A DNA stretch of 64,000 bases from Felis catus (taxonomy: Eukaryota): positions 20,152,001 to 20,216,000 of the forward strand of contig NC_058369.1 of the NCBI RefSeq assembly GCF_018350175.1. The letters are read 5' to 3'. Numbering within the stretch: the stretch's first letter is position 1; each line of letters starts with the position of its first letter. This document shows positions 40,801 through 55,800 of the stretch, piece after piece. The notes beneath the pieces were generated by a model. That model searched no databases. It saw nothing but the letters and a program-made list of their open reading frames with translations, and was not told the origin of the DNA. Position numbers and translations under genes: made by a program.

Positions 40801-43800
40801 ATACGTGTGCCGGGGCCATGACTACGAGAGGCTGGAGGCCTTCCAGCAGAGGATGCTCAGCGAGTTCCCACAGGCGGTCGCCATGCAGCACCCCAACCAC
40901 CCTGACGATGCCATCCTGCAGTGTGATGCCCAGTGTATCTTTCTATGCTTGGCGAGGGAAGGCGGGCTGGGGTCCTGGGAGGTGAGGCCCACCCAGTCAG
41001 CTGCCCCTATGCTATGTTGTTGGTCTTACAGGCTAAGTTACCCATAAGTCCTGAACAGAATATGTCCTCATCACTGAACCCACACTTAGCAGGACCCTCA
41101 TGCAGCCTCGTACAGAAGAAGCATGGCATGCCCTTAGCTGTGGGTGCCTGAAGCAGGGCTTCTGCGGGAACTTCATCCCTCAGGCTGGGCTGCTACCATC
41201 ACCTAAGTCCCTACCTGGCCCTGTGAAGGACCTGCCTAGGCATCCAGAAGCAGGCATTGTACAGGGTAATTGGGGATCCAACCAGAACTCTTGCCACAGG
41301 GATAACTACCATTTCTATCCCCTGCTCCACTCCTGTGTGCATCTGTTATTATCCCTAGTCTTTGTCAGGAGGACTGAGGTACAGCCCTGGGAGTGGGTAT
41401 GGAGGGTATGGGGAAGGAGATGGAGAGTGCCTGTGTTTTTAGTGGTACTTGGAAGTGTGGATACAAATACTGGCCTCCCCCTCATCCCCCTCACACAGCT
41501 TCCTTGGAGACCTCATGACAGTCACCATGACTGTAAGCTTGTTCCAGGGAGGGAGAACGGGTGGACTCCCATGTTATCTCTCTACAAAGACCCCAAATAG
41601 TATTCTTATTAAAAGATTGTTCTGCAGTAAATACAGTTTACCTACATTGGGCAGGCTTAGGCCTTTGCAACTCTCTTGCTCCTGCGGTGTGGCCACCTGC
41701 GTTCTTCTGACCCCTTTCCCTTCTTTCTTGGCTGTTGACATCTCACCTTGGCTGAGTGCTCAGAAGGCTCAATGCTAGAGCGGGAAGAGGGTGCAGATAG
41801 GGAAATCTGGTCTAACTGTGCCTGAGTCTGCGCAAGGGTCCTGCTCCTTGCTGCTGCCAGGAGGGAACAGGGGCTATGGGGCTCTTTTCTCCTTTGGGTG
41901 ATGACAGGGGTCAGTATTCAGATCCATCCCTTGGGCAAGTCTGGGTTTCCCCTTCACTTCCTGCCCAGACTTGCAGATCTATGCGGTGACGCCCATTCCA
42001 GATTATGTGGATGTCCTGCAAATGGATAGGGTCCCAGATCGCGTCAAGAGCTTCTACCGTGTCAACAATGTGAGGAAGTTCCGGTACGACAGGCCTTTTC
42101 ACAAAGGCCCCAAGGACAAGGAGAATGAATTCAAGGTGAACAACAGTGGGAAAGTAGGGGCAGTGGGGCCAGGGGCAAGCCCCACTTTCTCAGGATCTTG
42201 TCCCTGTCTCATCCCTCAAGCAGGCAGGTGTAGAAGAAATTGCTTAATGGCCTGTCCCTGTCTGTGCCATCCTTACAGAGCCTGTGGATCGAGCGTACCA
42301 CACTGACCCTCACCCACAGCTTGCCTGGCATCTCTCGGTGGTTCGAAGTGGAGAGGAGGGAACTGGTGAGACACGTTTTGGATGGAGCTGATCTTCACAG
42401 CTGCTCCCTCAGCCCTGGCTCTGGGGACCTTTCTCTAAGGACCAAAGACAGAAAGAGAGCTTCGGCCACCTGCCTGGCCTAGACTGCCACAGGCCAATCC
42501 TGTGTCAGAAGCTTTGTACATCTTCTCCCTTTTAATCCTGACAACACCAGGGGAGCAGATATTTTTAATCTCCCAATTTACAAATGTGGAAACTATTCTC
42601 TGAGGTTCAGGAAGTCAGAGCTCTCTGACTTCAAAACTGATGTTCTTCACTCTTTACTATACTTCTAAGTGCCTAAAAATCAGAAGAGAACATTTGAAAG
42701 GGGTCAGGGAGTCTTAAGTCCACAGGAACAAGGGTGAGAATCAGCATCACTGGCCTTAGATCCCTGTTCTCAGGATCATTATGAAGAAGGGGTTGTTATC
42801 ATGCCTGGGACAACATTGTGTGCCCTGTGCCCTGTGCCCTCAGGTGGAGGTGAGCCCTCTGGAGAATGCCATCCAAGTGGTTGAGAACAAGAACCAGGAA
42901 CTACGGGCCCTGATTAGCCAGTATCAACACAGACAGGCACATGGCAACATCAATCTGCTCAGCATGTGCCTGAATGGCGTCATCGATGCCGCTGTCAATG
43001 GAGGTGTCGCAAGATACCAAGAGGTGAGCTGGGCCCTGGACCAAACCCACAACAGGCAGCCTTGCTGAGAAGGTGGTTCTCAGGCTCCTCTCCTTGAGAC
43101 CCCAGCCTTCTAGGGCAGCCTTCCCAGCTAGCCCTCCCTTAGCTGTGCCTCAGCCGACTAGAGGATGGTCCCGGGCATGAGGCTCACTACCACTCCTCGT
43201 TTCTGTGGCATGGCTCTCCTATGGGACCGTCTCTTCTTTTTTATTCTCTGAACTCTGACAGATGAGTAATCCATCTGATTAGGGAAGGATGTTAAATGGC
43301 CTCCAAGAGGAGCCCTGGAGCCCAGCCCTTCACAAGAAGCAAGTTGTGGGTGTCTAAGAGACTGAGCCCTACACCCTGGCCACCAGCCCTACCTGCCCTA
43401 CCCAGACCATCAAAGCTCTGTGAGGGACTGGGACCAGTACCCAGGCTTAGATTATTTGACCACCTTCAGTCCTTCTTAGATGCAAAAAAACATACCTCTG
43501 ATTGCAGGAGGTCCAAGCAGGCCAGGCTGGAGATGGTGTGTATACCTGTGAGGAGTCAGGACCTTCCTTTCAAATGGTACCTTAGACGTACACTTCCTGG
43601 GTCCCCTCTAAGGGGTAGTCCTGGGAAGTCTTCCTGATTGAGCCTTTCCTTTCTCAGGCCTTCTTTGACAAAGATTATATTGCCAAGCACCCAGGAGATG
43701 CAGAGAAGATCACCCAGCTCAAGGAGCTCATGCAGGAGCAGGTATGACTTACAGGGCTTAGAGGCCAGTGGCCACGAGGGAAAAGCTATGCACCACAGGA

Positions 43801-46800
43801 TGGCTGCAGTTGTCAAGGTCCACTCCCTGACTTGCAGAGTGGCCTTATCTATCACCCTAATAGGTCCATGTCCTTGGAGTTGGGCTCGCAGTTCATGAGA
43901 AGTTTGTGCACCCAGAGATGCGCCCTCTGCATAAGAAGCTAATTGATCAGTTCCAGATGATGCGGGCCAGCCTCTACCATGTAAGCTGATCCCTGTCATG
44001 CCCCTGCTGCCGTAGAACCAGATGCCATTCCCTGCAGACTGTGCAACAAGCCAAAGGAAAGGGTGGGGGGAATGTGAAGGAAAAGCTGTCCCCACCACAG
44101 AGAGGCAAGAGGCAGAGGTGAGTGTTCTATCCAGGGGAAGGATGCCCAGGATCCCCTCACGCACTCCCCTCCCTGAGGAGGAGTCAGATTCAAGGGCAAA
44201 GAATGTTTTTCAAGGTACTGTGCTGGTGAAGAGAGGTTTTCACATGAGGAAGAAAAGAGCTAAATTATGTGATCCACATGTAGATATCTCTTTGGAGATA
44301 TTTTTCATCCCAAGAACCTACAGAGGTAAGACATAGCTTGAGCCAGCCCTCTCTCCCCATCTCCCTCTTTTCCCTCTTTCCCTTGCCATCTTCATGCCCT
44401 CTTGCTCCAGAAGTTCTCCCGACTCTGACCTGGCTCTTGGGCTTCAACAGCAGGGTTGGCCCAAAGATGGATTCACACAAGCAAAAGCAGAGCCTGTATT
44501 CCAGGACTAGTTTCCCCTCAGCAGTCTCGCAGGGAATGCTGGCTGGCAGAGAACAGGGCCCAGATGGTCTTGAAACCCCTGTTTATGTGCCCTCACCCCA
44601 TTTTCAACAATAAAGCTGACTCCAGGTGTTTCGAGAGAAACCTATCTGCTAAATAGTCTGGGTGCCAGATCTCAAGAGGTGTGAACCTTATTATCTGCGA
44701 CAAGGAAAACAGAGCTGTTTGGTGTTAGGCAAGGCCATCTCGGACAAGAGGCTCCTCTTCAGGGATAATCACTGGCCCTAGAGAGGCTGGACCACTCAGA
44801 CTCAGTGGCCTAACCTGTTGGGGTTGACTTGCCTTGTTCTTGATGCTGGTGGCCCCCAGTGCATGTCTCAACCATTCCTGCCCAGTTGTAGATAGCATGG
44901 ACTCCAAAAAGAGAAAAAGAAGCTTGTTTGTAGTTTGAGAAGTGGGCACATTTTTCAGAGGAAAGCCTATAGGGCCTGAAATTTCTCCTTTCTGTAATGA
45001 TCTTCCCATGGTATTTCAGGGTGAAACATGCAGAGAAAGTGAAAGTCTTTTGTGTTTCTACCTTAAAATTAAAATATCCATTTAGTGAAGAACTTGGGTA
45101 GTGTCACTAAATCTAATGGGTATTCTATTACCTCTCATTCTTGGTTAGTCTCTGCTATGTGCGAACTTTCTCATCACCACAAGTGACCCAAGCAGGCTAG
45201 AGCCTGACCACTAGAACAGGAGACGTTCTCTGCCATGCAAAGCTGTTGGGTCACTTTAGCAAAGATCACAAAATACTCACCCGCATACATCAAGGTCTCC
45301 AGGACACACATGGAGGTGTCCTCTCCAGTTTACCCTTCTTTTTCATTTCAGCGTGTTTTGGGAGAAGGGCATGGAAAACCTGCTGCTTCTTTAGGCCACG
45401 CTCAGAAATATCCCCAGTAGGACTTAGGGCCCACATCAGGATTCTACATCGTTTGTCCCCATAAACTGTGTCACAGGCAACTTAACCCAGGACACTGAGA
45501 GTTGGGCCATTTAGCAGTCCAGTAAACCCAACCCCAGTCCTTATGTAAACTGACTGGCAGCTGTTAATCAACTCCTCTTCTCCTGCTTCTCAGCTCTTAG
45601 TCCACTTATTCTATACCAAGAATGCCTCTTAACACACTCCTGTGAACTCAGAGCAACTTCAGCCTTTTCCAGATGTGTTCTCTTAGTAGGGTCAACCCAA
45701 GGCCTCTCAGCCTCTGGTCTAGACTCCAGTGCAGTCAGGAGAGTGTTTTAGTCATGAAGGGGCCATTGCCCAAAAGAAGTCAGCAATTCAGGTTCTGCCA
45801 AAAGTATCTGATTCTTTTTCTTTTTACATTCTTCTTTTACATTTTTACCACTAGCCAGCCCTTCCCTCTCACCCCTTAATTACTTATTCATTGTTTACTC
45901 TGATAAAGGGACATTCATTTCTCAACAGGAGTTTCCGGGTTTGGACAAGCTAAGTCCTGCATGTTCAGGCACCAGCACCCCACGGGGAAATGTCCTAGCA
46001 TCCCATAGTCCCATGAGCCCTGAGAGCATCAAGATGACCCACCGGCACAGGTACGGCCTTAGAGCTGGGGAGGGTCCCCTCCATGGAGGTAAGTCTGGAT
46101 GTCAAAGGTCAGAGCAAGAAAGCCTGAAATAGTAGGTGTGTGTATTCACTCACATACCCTCTGACCCATGCATACATCAAACACACAGCTCCTGCCATAA
46201 GACCCATGGTCACATCCAGTCATCCTGGGAGAGAGAGAAGTGTACATGGTCCTGTGAGAACATAGAGGAGGGGGCATTTGGGGTAGGTCTTGAAGGATAA
46301 GTAGAAGTTTGTGAGGCAGAAATGGGATGGGGTTAGGAGGGTGATAGAACAAGATCCAGGCAAAGAGACTAACGTATGCAGGCATCTCAAGATGTGAACA
46401 AGCCAGCCTGGTCAGCCCTACCAGCAGAGTCTTGTGGCTGGAGTGCAGGATTCCAGGGCATGGAAGAGGGCCAGTTCCAGCTCTAAATGGGCCATGTTCA
46501 TTCAGGCCTTTGGACTTGATCCCAAGGGGAATGAGGATCGCCAGTCAGTTTAAGGGAGAGAACGACATGGTGATGTGGAAGCACATCAAGGTGTCCCTAC
46601 TCTGAACTCAGGAGTCCTGGTCTGTCTGGGCTCAACTGAAGATACTCCAAGCCTCCAGGGCAGGAAGGCCAGATCAGAGGAGGAGCCAGGGAGAGGAGCC
46701 CCTTACTTGGGTTTGTTTCCCAATGTTAAGTAGTAAGTTAGCACAGAGTAGGCCTCTATAAATAAGAAGGAATGAATGAAAAGGACTGCCTACTATTGAT

Positions 46801-49800
46801 AGAGGAGGGTATTGATGAGCCTGTGACCACATATGTGGAAGGAAGTCAACAGATGGTTCCTAGCCAGCTATTTTGACAGCTTCCTCATACCAGGAAGATA
46901 CCCCTGGCCTAGGAGCCTAGGAGCAAATCCCAGCAGGGGGTGGCTACTGGCTCAGAGTAACATTGCATAGGAAGGGGACCTGGAATCCTTGACCTGATTG
47001 AGCATATCACTTTCATCCCTCCTAACTGAAAAACTATTTATATAATCAGATGGAGTGGCCATAAACCATTTAACTCCAAATAGAGACTTTGCCAGCCTAC
47101 CATTGGCCCTGCCAGAACAGGGGCCCCTGAGCAGCAGGCAGGGATTCAGGACTGCCCCAGGCCTCAAATGGGTATAAGCATTAACTCTGAAACCCTCTAA
47201 ACTAGTGTCATCTGAGGCTAGGGGTGACTGTTTCACACACACCCTTACACTGTCCCCCTACCACCTAGCAAGGTTTCTCAGCTCCCCGCCTGACTCCTCC
47301 CTATCTCCCACTCTTGTTCGCAGCCCCATGAACTTGATGGGCACAGGTCGCCATTCGTCATCCTCTCTCTCCTCACATGCATCTAGCGAAGCAGGAAACG
47401 TGGTGGTTCTGGGTGACAGCTCCATGGGCGAGGCTCCCGAGGATCTATACCACCATATGCAGGTACCAGAGCTGTCCAAGGAGTGTGGGCGAGAGCACCG
47501 TACCTGGAGGACTCACCTCTCTGCTGGCTGATTTGGTCTGAGGGCTCATACCCCTGCCTAGTTCTCTAGTTTCTGAAATCAGAATACCCAGAGCCAGTAA
47601 AACTGCCTTCCCTCCACTCCATTCCATGTCAATAAAGTTCCCAGGCATTACTTTCCAAGAAGGAAATCTAGCTTCAGTCATGATTGCTCTTAGAGATCCC
47701 ATGGGAAAGATCCTCTGCCAAATTGCCTTCCTTCCTGGCATTTCTGATGGCTAAGTCCTGCATCCTATATGGGCACCACCATTAGAATCGACCCAACAGC
47801 CCTGCTCCATGGGTGGTGAGGGTGACCTGTAGTGCCAGCCACCATCCTGGCCCCCATCAGGACCCAGGGTACCTCATCAGACACTGGGTCTGGGCACCTC
47901 ATGGCATGAAGAAGCCAACTCTGGGCCAGTCCTACAATCCTGGCCATTCAGACCTCTATCCTGCTGATTTTTCTCCCTTTGCAGCTCGCGTATCCCAACC
48001 CCAGGTACCAGGGCTCAATCACCAACGTCTCTGTTCTGTCCTCGTCCCAGGCAAGCCCTTCTTCCTCCAGCCTGAGTTCCACTCACTCAGCACCATCCCA
48101 GATGATTACCTCTGCCCCTTCCAGTGCCCGAGGTAAGGAGGGCAGGGCGCTGCTTGCAGAAGGGAGGAGAGGGCCTCATGAGCCCCACTTGTCCTCCTCT
48201 CATCTGTGGCTCTGTCTTTGAAAGCGGCCCTGTGACTTAGAGAATGTTCCCCTTTTAGCACTAAGGACTCAAGGGTTCCCAGCTCAGCAGTCTCTCTGTC
48301 TGGCTTCAGACCCTGCCCTGAGTAGCGGTTATAGCTACACTACCACAGAGGTGGCTGGCTGTCGCATCTCCACCTCAGTAAGAGGACATGTGGCCCAGGA
48401 GAAAGCTCAGTTCTTTTCCATTGAAACATTCGCAAGAATAAAAATCAAAGTTAAGGCAACAATGAGTCTTATCTTGAGGAACTGAGGATGAATGCACAGT
48501 ATGAAAATTAAATTTGAAGGCTAAACTTAACCCTGGAAAATATTATTCTAAAAAAGAACAGCAACCAAAAAGACCTTGTCAGCTAAGAAAGGCATAATCA
48601 GGAGAGATGGCTCTGTGAAAAGCTATTTACTTTGCCAGTTATTGCCTGATTTCTTATTCATTGGCTCAATATTGTTTTCTGAGCCAGCATCTTTTTCACA
48701 ATCTGATCCTAGTTCTCAGTGAAATTTCATTCTCCACCCTTTTAGACAGAAGCATTTGCAGTGGGATGGCAATCAGCTATAGTGACTAGGATCTAGTGCT
48801 TCTCAGGGTGGCTGTGCAGGATGGCAACAGAAAGGAGTGGTCTGAGCTCACCAGGCAGTCACTGGCTATTGCTTCCAGGCTTGCAGTCTCTCATGAGCTT
48901 GCAGTCAGATGTCACCTGAGGCTGGAATCATCTAAAGGTTCAGCTAGGCTGCATATCCAAGATGGCAGCTGGCAGCTCAGCTGGGACTGTCCACCAGAGT
49001 CGCTTTGGAGGGTCTTTACTTGTACCTCGGGCTTCTCACAGCATGCAGCTGATTTTTCTCAGAACAGGCATTCTAAAGTACCCAGGCAGAAGTTGCAAGG
49101 CTTCTTATTACCCAGCCTTGGAAACCCATAATGGTCCTTTTGCCACATTCTGTCAACTAGTCAAGTCACTAAGGCCAACCTAGAGACCAAGGTGGGGAAT
49201 GAGACTGCACCTCATGATGTGAAGAGTGGCATGTGTGTTTTTGAAGGGAAGGCATTGGTGGTTGCCATCTCTGGAGACAAGCTATCACAGGGGCCAAACT
49301 CCAGGATAGCATATAGAGAAAGGCTGACAGAAGCCCCTTCCCTTTCTGGAGTAGACATTAAGTACAAAAGTAAACATTCCCAAAGCTGGGAATGGTGATG
49401 AGTGCAGAGGCAGCTAAGAAGGAGCAGGAATTCACTTCTAGGCTACACCATCCATGCAATCCATGTGCAGGCCTATCTGGAGAAAACCATAGGCCAGTAT
49501 GTAGCATACCAGCAGTAGGCCCTGTGAGAGAAGATGGAGAGAGATCTGGAATCGCAGAGGAAGACTGCTTTTTCAGATAGATGTGGTAGATGCAGTAGGA
49601 GATGCACTGGGGGCATGGAGGGAAGGGAGAAGTCTGCTCTTTTTTCTGGTTGTTATGGGTAAAGGGAAGGCTTTTATGGAGAAGGTGTTCTGGAGAGTCC
49701 TTTGCATTGGAGTCCCCTCCCCCACACCCAAGAGTGGTCATGACACCAGTGGCCTTCCTCACCAAGCCCATTGACACTCTCTGCTGTGGTCCCTGTTGAA

Positions 49801-52800
49801 ATCTTCCAGAAGGCCTGCAAGGCACAGTCTATACTCCTGTAAGTAGGCAGCTCCCCCTAATGGTCAAAAGACTGAGTGGAGCTAGGAAACCTGGAGATTC
49901 TGACTGATCCTCCTTGAATACCTCAGTCATGCTGGGACATAGCCTCCCTTGGGTTTACCAGACTACAACTCAAGCAGTTCAAAAGTCCTGTGACACCAAA
50001 GCCCTTGTGGTATTTAAATGTTTTAATGAAAAGTAACCGTCATTCTCTGCTACCATGGGATTGGCTGCCCAGGGCTGAGGGCAGTGAGAGAAAAGTGAAG
50101 TGGCAGAATTGGAAAACTTGGCAGTAGCACAAAGCACCTCTCTGTTACAGCACAAGAGGGGCCTCCATCACATGGATTCAAATCCTCAGCACAGCATCTG
50201 GGGCCTGCAGGCTACTGTCCCTCCATCCTAGCACCCCTGACATGTATCAGCACATGGAGTATGCAGATGTGGGGTTGGCCTGGTGGGCCAGGCTGTGAGT
50301 TCTGTGAGGTCAGGGACCATGGCCAGCCTGAGTTAGGCAGTGTGCCATGTTCCAACCACGTGCCTGGTGTGGAATGGGTGTTAGGTTGGAGTTTGATGTA
50401 ACTGGATTGGTGTAAAGGTGCATGTCTCTTTCTGTGCACACTAAGTAAAAGGGTCCTGTCCAGAGCTGTGGCTGGCAGGGCTCAGGGAGCATTCAGTTTC
50501 TTGCTGGGAAGGCACTATAGAAATCATTGCAATTAAGAACTCTTTTCCATTTTTCTCTAAACAGCCATTACTGATTTTTATTATACTGACTTCTTCAAGA
50601 TATTTAAGGCTCATCTTCTTGGTCTAAAATGAGTGCAAGAGGAATGTCGCAGCTTCCTGGGGAAGCTGACTGCAGAGACCTATTTTAGTTGTGCTCTGAC
50701 AGTGCCTTCATGGCATAGTCAAAGGAAGGCCCCAGGGACCCTGGGTTTCAAGGACACAGAGCCTCCAGAGCTGCAGGTTCACTTCTCAGATGGAGCCCTT
50801 GGACTCTCTAGCTTCACTAACAGCACGCCACAGAGGGGTTTCAACCACTTGAGCCAGCCAGAGGCTGCCCATGGGCTAGTTTCTCATGGACATGCTGATG
50901 TCTGGAACGAGTGGTGCACGTCTGGAGGGCCTTCCAAATGATCCATTCCCAAAGAAAGTCAGAAAGCTGTTCTCTCTATTTCTGTGGAAGGTACCCTCAA
51001 GAACCATAGGCTGACAGGTTCCTGAAGACCTATAGCTATGGCCTGCATTGATGGGGACTGGACCACCACATCTGCTGAGGTCTGGCCTCTGTAACAGCCC
51101 CTCAGGCCAGAGGATATCACCACAGAAGCCTCACAAAAGAAGAGCAGGAACCAAGTCAACTCAAGAGCCTGGCTTAAAGCCCCACAACTCCCAGACTAGC
51201 TCCCATATGACCCCCAAGTTCACTGAAGGGCAAGTCTCAGGGAGAGAAACTCTGGAGAGCCACCTGTGTGTAGGGCCCTGGGCCCCCAGCCAGCCTGGCT
51301 CTGGAGCTATGGTAGGACAGCAAGGAAAGCAGAGGCCAGGCTCTGGAGGCCTCGAATATGGGAAGGAGAAGCCTTTGGGCAAAGGTGGTAGGGGGTCAGC
51401 TGAGAACAGAGCCAGTTGGTATCTGGAAACGGTAAGTGTGGGGAGACACAATGCGTCAAGTAAGAACCATGCCACTATGTTATCTCAGTGTCTCTGTCTC
51501 TGTGTGATGGCTCCATTGCAAGCTGGCCTGTGCCCATGCCTGGGCCCCCTGAAAGAGCCCAGCATCCAGGTCACCCCATATCCCAAGAGCGCTGGGTGCA
51601 GGGGGCCCTTTGGGGCCCAGCTCCTGTCCTCGGTTCTCATGATCTGCCTCTAAGCATCGTGAGGGGGCTCTATCAGTGGGCCTGCATTGCCCCAGTCTGC
51701 AGTATGCCCACCTCAGCTGGGATGTCAGGTGCGGCCCCACCACCATCTCACCAGCGGGCTCTGCTTCATTCCTCCTGTGCTTGCTGAGCTCATCCTCACC
51801 CCAGCTGCAAGGGGACACCTACCCTGGTTCCCTGGCCCCAAGGATGCTTGCCCGCTGGGCCTTCCATCTGTGGCTTGTCATCTGTGCGTGATTGTTCTCA
51901 CTTGGTTACAGGCTCTCCCTCTCTGCCAGATAAGTACCGCCACGCCCGGGAAATGATGTTGCTGCTGCCCACACACCGGGACCGCCCAAGCAGTGCCATG
52001 TATCCAGCAGCCATCCTGGAGAACGGACAGGTAGTGGACCCAGACTGCCCTCTGCTGCAAGTATGGTGGCCTGGGCTGCCCTCATTGCATCTGCTAGGCT
52101 TTCTATATTGCCCTGTGTGCCTCCTTCATTCTGCCATAAGACCCTCAGAAGGCTGCTGGGTGCCCACTCTGGACAGGACTGCAGTGGCTCTGAGGATCAG
52201 CAATCCAGATGGAGTGGACCTGTAGGAAGAATGCTGGCGGGTTAGAGCCACAGTTGCTTGTGTGGCTGTCCTTCTTGCCAACCCATTGCTTGTACAGCTT
52301 CCTGGACTCCTTATCCATAAACAGTCTAGCAGAGGAACCTCATTCTTTCTTATCCTGAGAAGGCAGTGGTGGACATGGGTCTGGAGGATGGTCTTCCTCC
52401 CTGTGTGTGTGAAGGGCATCCTCACTGAGACAGACTCTGCCTCTTTCATCCATCCATCTATCTGAAGCCCCTCATTGCCTCTTGAGGCTACTCTCTCCAC
52501 CATTTGCACAGCTCTCTGGATGTCCTACCTGGGGGCCTTGAACAAAGAGATGTGGGGATTAACTCCTTCCTGTGCCCAATCTGCCTGCCCTTCTATCAGA
52601 GTCCATGAAAATCACCTCCAAGCAACTGTTACCTCAGCTGTACTTCCTTGTGCCTGATCAACCCTGCCAGGTAGAGGGAGCAGGCCTGCTTGGCAGCTGC
52701 CCATCAGAACAGTGAGTCCTGTCCGTGACTTTCTAGGCTTGAGTGCTGCCCTTTGCCTTATCCACATTGCTAACTTGGGCTTGTGCAAGGATCTCCAGGA

Positions 52801-55800
52801 GGCCAAGCCTGCCAGTGCTGAGGGGTAGAGGGGTGCCTCAGTCCTTTCTGCCAATGGGTCTCCCTGTCAGGGCAGAGGGATACAGTTAGATACCCTCAGG
52901 TGCCTATGTCCTTTTTCTTGGCCATGTACAAGACAGCTTGGAGCCCAGCCAGGCATTGTAGGGAGGTGCCTCCAATGTTGACATGGCAGCACTCAGAGCC
53001 AGATAGCGAGGGACAGTCTTCCTATGGCTGAGCATGATCGGTACCACTGCTTTGATTTCCCTGTCTTCTCTTAATATGATCTGGCTCCTGGGCCCATAGC
53101 TCTGCCTCCTGAGGTGTACCTGGTTGTTTTCACCATCTTTGATATTTTTCTCCCCCCTCAGCTGCCAAATTTCCAGCGGGCCCTGTTCCAGCAAGTGGTC
53201 GGATCCTGCAAACCCTGCAGTGATCCCAATCTGTCTGTGGCTGAAAAAGGTATTGTTCCCCTTTCCAGGTGGCCTTCCCCCATGTCTGTCCCCATCCTGA
53301 GTGTCTGACTCTTGTCCCTGAGCACCAACTGGCCAAGGCTGTGCCACACTCCAACACCCAGGCCTGTCTGTGTGTCCAGAGTCCTGACCAACTCCTGTGC
53401 TCACTGTTTAACCCATGTCCGGTTTGATGCTAAGTTTGGATCCTGTTAGTTTATGTATCTCTCTCCCAAGGGCCCACCTTCAGAGAGGCCCCAGCTGCTA
53501 CCTGCCCTGAGCCCACCTTTATGGAAACTCAGGCTGCTGTGTTCAGACTGTTGGGCTTCTCCCAACCAGCTCCAGGATTCGGCAGGCCTGATGGCCCCTT
53601 TCGTCACTCTCAACTTGGGCCCTCAGGGACCTCTCCTTATTGCTCAGAATAGGCCTGTGGCTGAGCAAGCTCCTAGAAGAATGGGAAGGACAGACCATGG
53701 CAAAGTGAATTTCCCAGAGACAGTCCTCTCCAAGGAAGCCCTAGGTACTCTGAGTTGAGTCCTCCTGCAGCCACTCTGGCCAGCAAGTGGCCAGCTGCTA
53801 TGAGTCTATCTTATTAGCAGGGATTGCAAGCCCATCAACTTGGGCATGAACCCGGGCAGTCCTTAGAACAGGGGATGTTTGGATAGTGGAGTTTTACCCT
53901 GTGTCCCGCTGCAACAAGCTAATGGAAGAACCAGACTTGGACCCTACATGACCCTGGCCCAAAGCCTCACACATGGAGATCTGACTTAATTTTAACACAA
54001 AGCAATACCTATATGAGGATTATGCTAGACCACCTGCCACCCAGAACCTGGCCCCATATCAGCCCCTCTCCCTGTAGTTTCCCCTCCCTCTCCTTCATCT
54101 GGTGGAGCTTAGGGCAAATTCAGTCCCCAGGAATACAAGTTGCTGTCCCATCAGAACCTGTACCTCCAAAGCTGTCATCCTGTTGTCATTGCACCTCCTC
54201 ACCAAGTGCTGTCTACTGTCCCCACTGTCATTGTTCCTCCCTTGCTCACCACAGAGGACATGCCTCTGTGTCTTCTTTAAGGAGACCAGACACTGGGTCC
54301 ACAACCTCAGTGGCTGGTAGGCATAGGTACCAGGTGCTCAACCACAAAGGATATGGAGATTCCCGCCGAAGATGACTTCCTAGCCTCAAGCCTGCACATC
54401 CCAAAAACATGCGGCTTACCTGGACCTTGCACCTATTCCCACAAAATAGAGTGCCATTTTGGCCTCAGGGGCCAAAATCCACAGTATCTTTTCTTCACCT
54501 GAGATGTGGGGCCATCTGAAAACTAGCCAAGAGCACAGAAGAGCTCAGAGCTCAAGTGGGTGCTGGTGGCCAGACCAGGACCCTATGCCAACCGGACAAA
54601 GAAGAACACCAGGCCTCAGACCAGGCTGCAGCAAGAAGCTGGACATGCCCATCCCCAAGTGTGGGAAGGAAAGAGGCTGAGGCCACAGCAAGCATGTCCA
54701 TGCCACAGTGCCAGTGTTTTGTGGGCAGCAAATAAGACATTTGCCTAGTGGGAACACACAGGCCAGAGTAGTGGCTCCCTAAGTCTCTTCCTGGATCCTC
54801 CAGGGCAGAAGATATACATACTTATCACCATTCTCTTGTCATCAGGATCCTGAGTCCCACAAGGACTCTGCTTCTCACTTGTCATCTCTCTTTGCCAGGC
54901 AGTGACTCTCAGGCCAGTGCTGGACCTCCGTTCACAGAGACAGAGCAAGAAATGGCCAGGCCACAGTAGGGATTGCCCCCTTCTCCCAGGATAAGTCACT
55001 CCATCTTAGACTTTCCACTAGCCCCAGTGCATTTGTATCACATGGCAGAGGTCCATGGGCCTCATTGCTCACCAACATCAGTCTATAGGGTGAACTAGAT
55101 GGTTCTGGATCACTGGAGTGGCTCAGGCAGGCACCCTTTGAAAAGCCCTGCAGCCTGCCAGCTTTTTTGCCCCATAACCTCACTGCCCGCAAGTTCCTGT
55201 GGGTTCTTGTGGGTGAATATCTGTGGCCCTGCAGTGAGAGCTTGGGCTGTCAGGACCCCTTTGGGGAAGCTGCCCAGACCCACCTCCAAGCTTCTTAATT
55301 CCTGAAATTCGGGGGCTTTTTTTTTTTTTCTTTTTTAGAACTTTTCTCTTTGGAGAGAGCAAGTTTCAGTGATGAGGACCGAGAAGCTCATGCCCCATCT
55401 TGAGGAGAGTCTGTGTGAGAATGGGCCTATCTTGTTCTTCGGTTGCCTCAGGCTCTCCAAGGAGGCCTTCTGGTGGAATCCACCTGGTGCTCATCAGATT
55501 CAGAATTCTTTCCTCCCTTTAGGCAACAGCTGAGTGCCTGCCCACCCAATCACTGCCACGCCCTCCCACCAGCCACCTGCCATCAGCCATCCCATGAGAC
55601 TGAGCAGTCCTTAGAACTGAGGCTGTTCAGGTAGTAGAGTTCTACCTTGTGTTCTACTGCAAGCCCTTGAGTTCCTCACTAATGGGAAGGAAGGAGAAGG
55701 GCATAACTATCTTATCCCTGGACCACATGGGCCCAGCCCCTCCTGGCCACATCCTCCTTGAAGGCTAGACCCCAGCTCCTTCCTTTCCAGAACCTCTCTA

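Noticed and set aside
43556..44164. 202-aa antisense ORF over DOCK3 exons, and similar shadow ORFs (29337-29636, 56881-57420, 58665-59120)
   Set aside because: Expected by-products of GC-rich coding sequence; no independent gene signals
51048..51653. 201-aa intronic ORF
   Set aside because: Low-information composition, no homology recognised, typical of GC-rich intron
54870..54970. Strong-looking acceptor (ctctctttgccag, 54898) as another cassette exon
   Set aside because: The in-phase reading reaches TAG after about 23 codons with no good phase-compatible donor and no DOCK4 similarity; a poison or terminal exon cannot be excluded without RNA data
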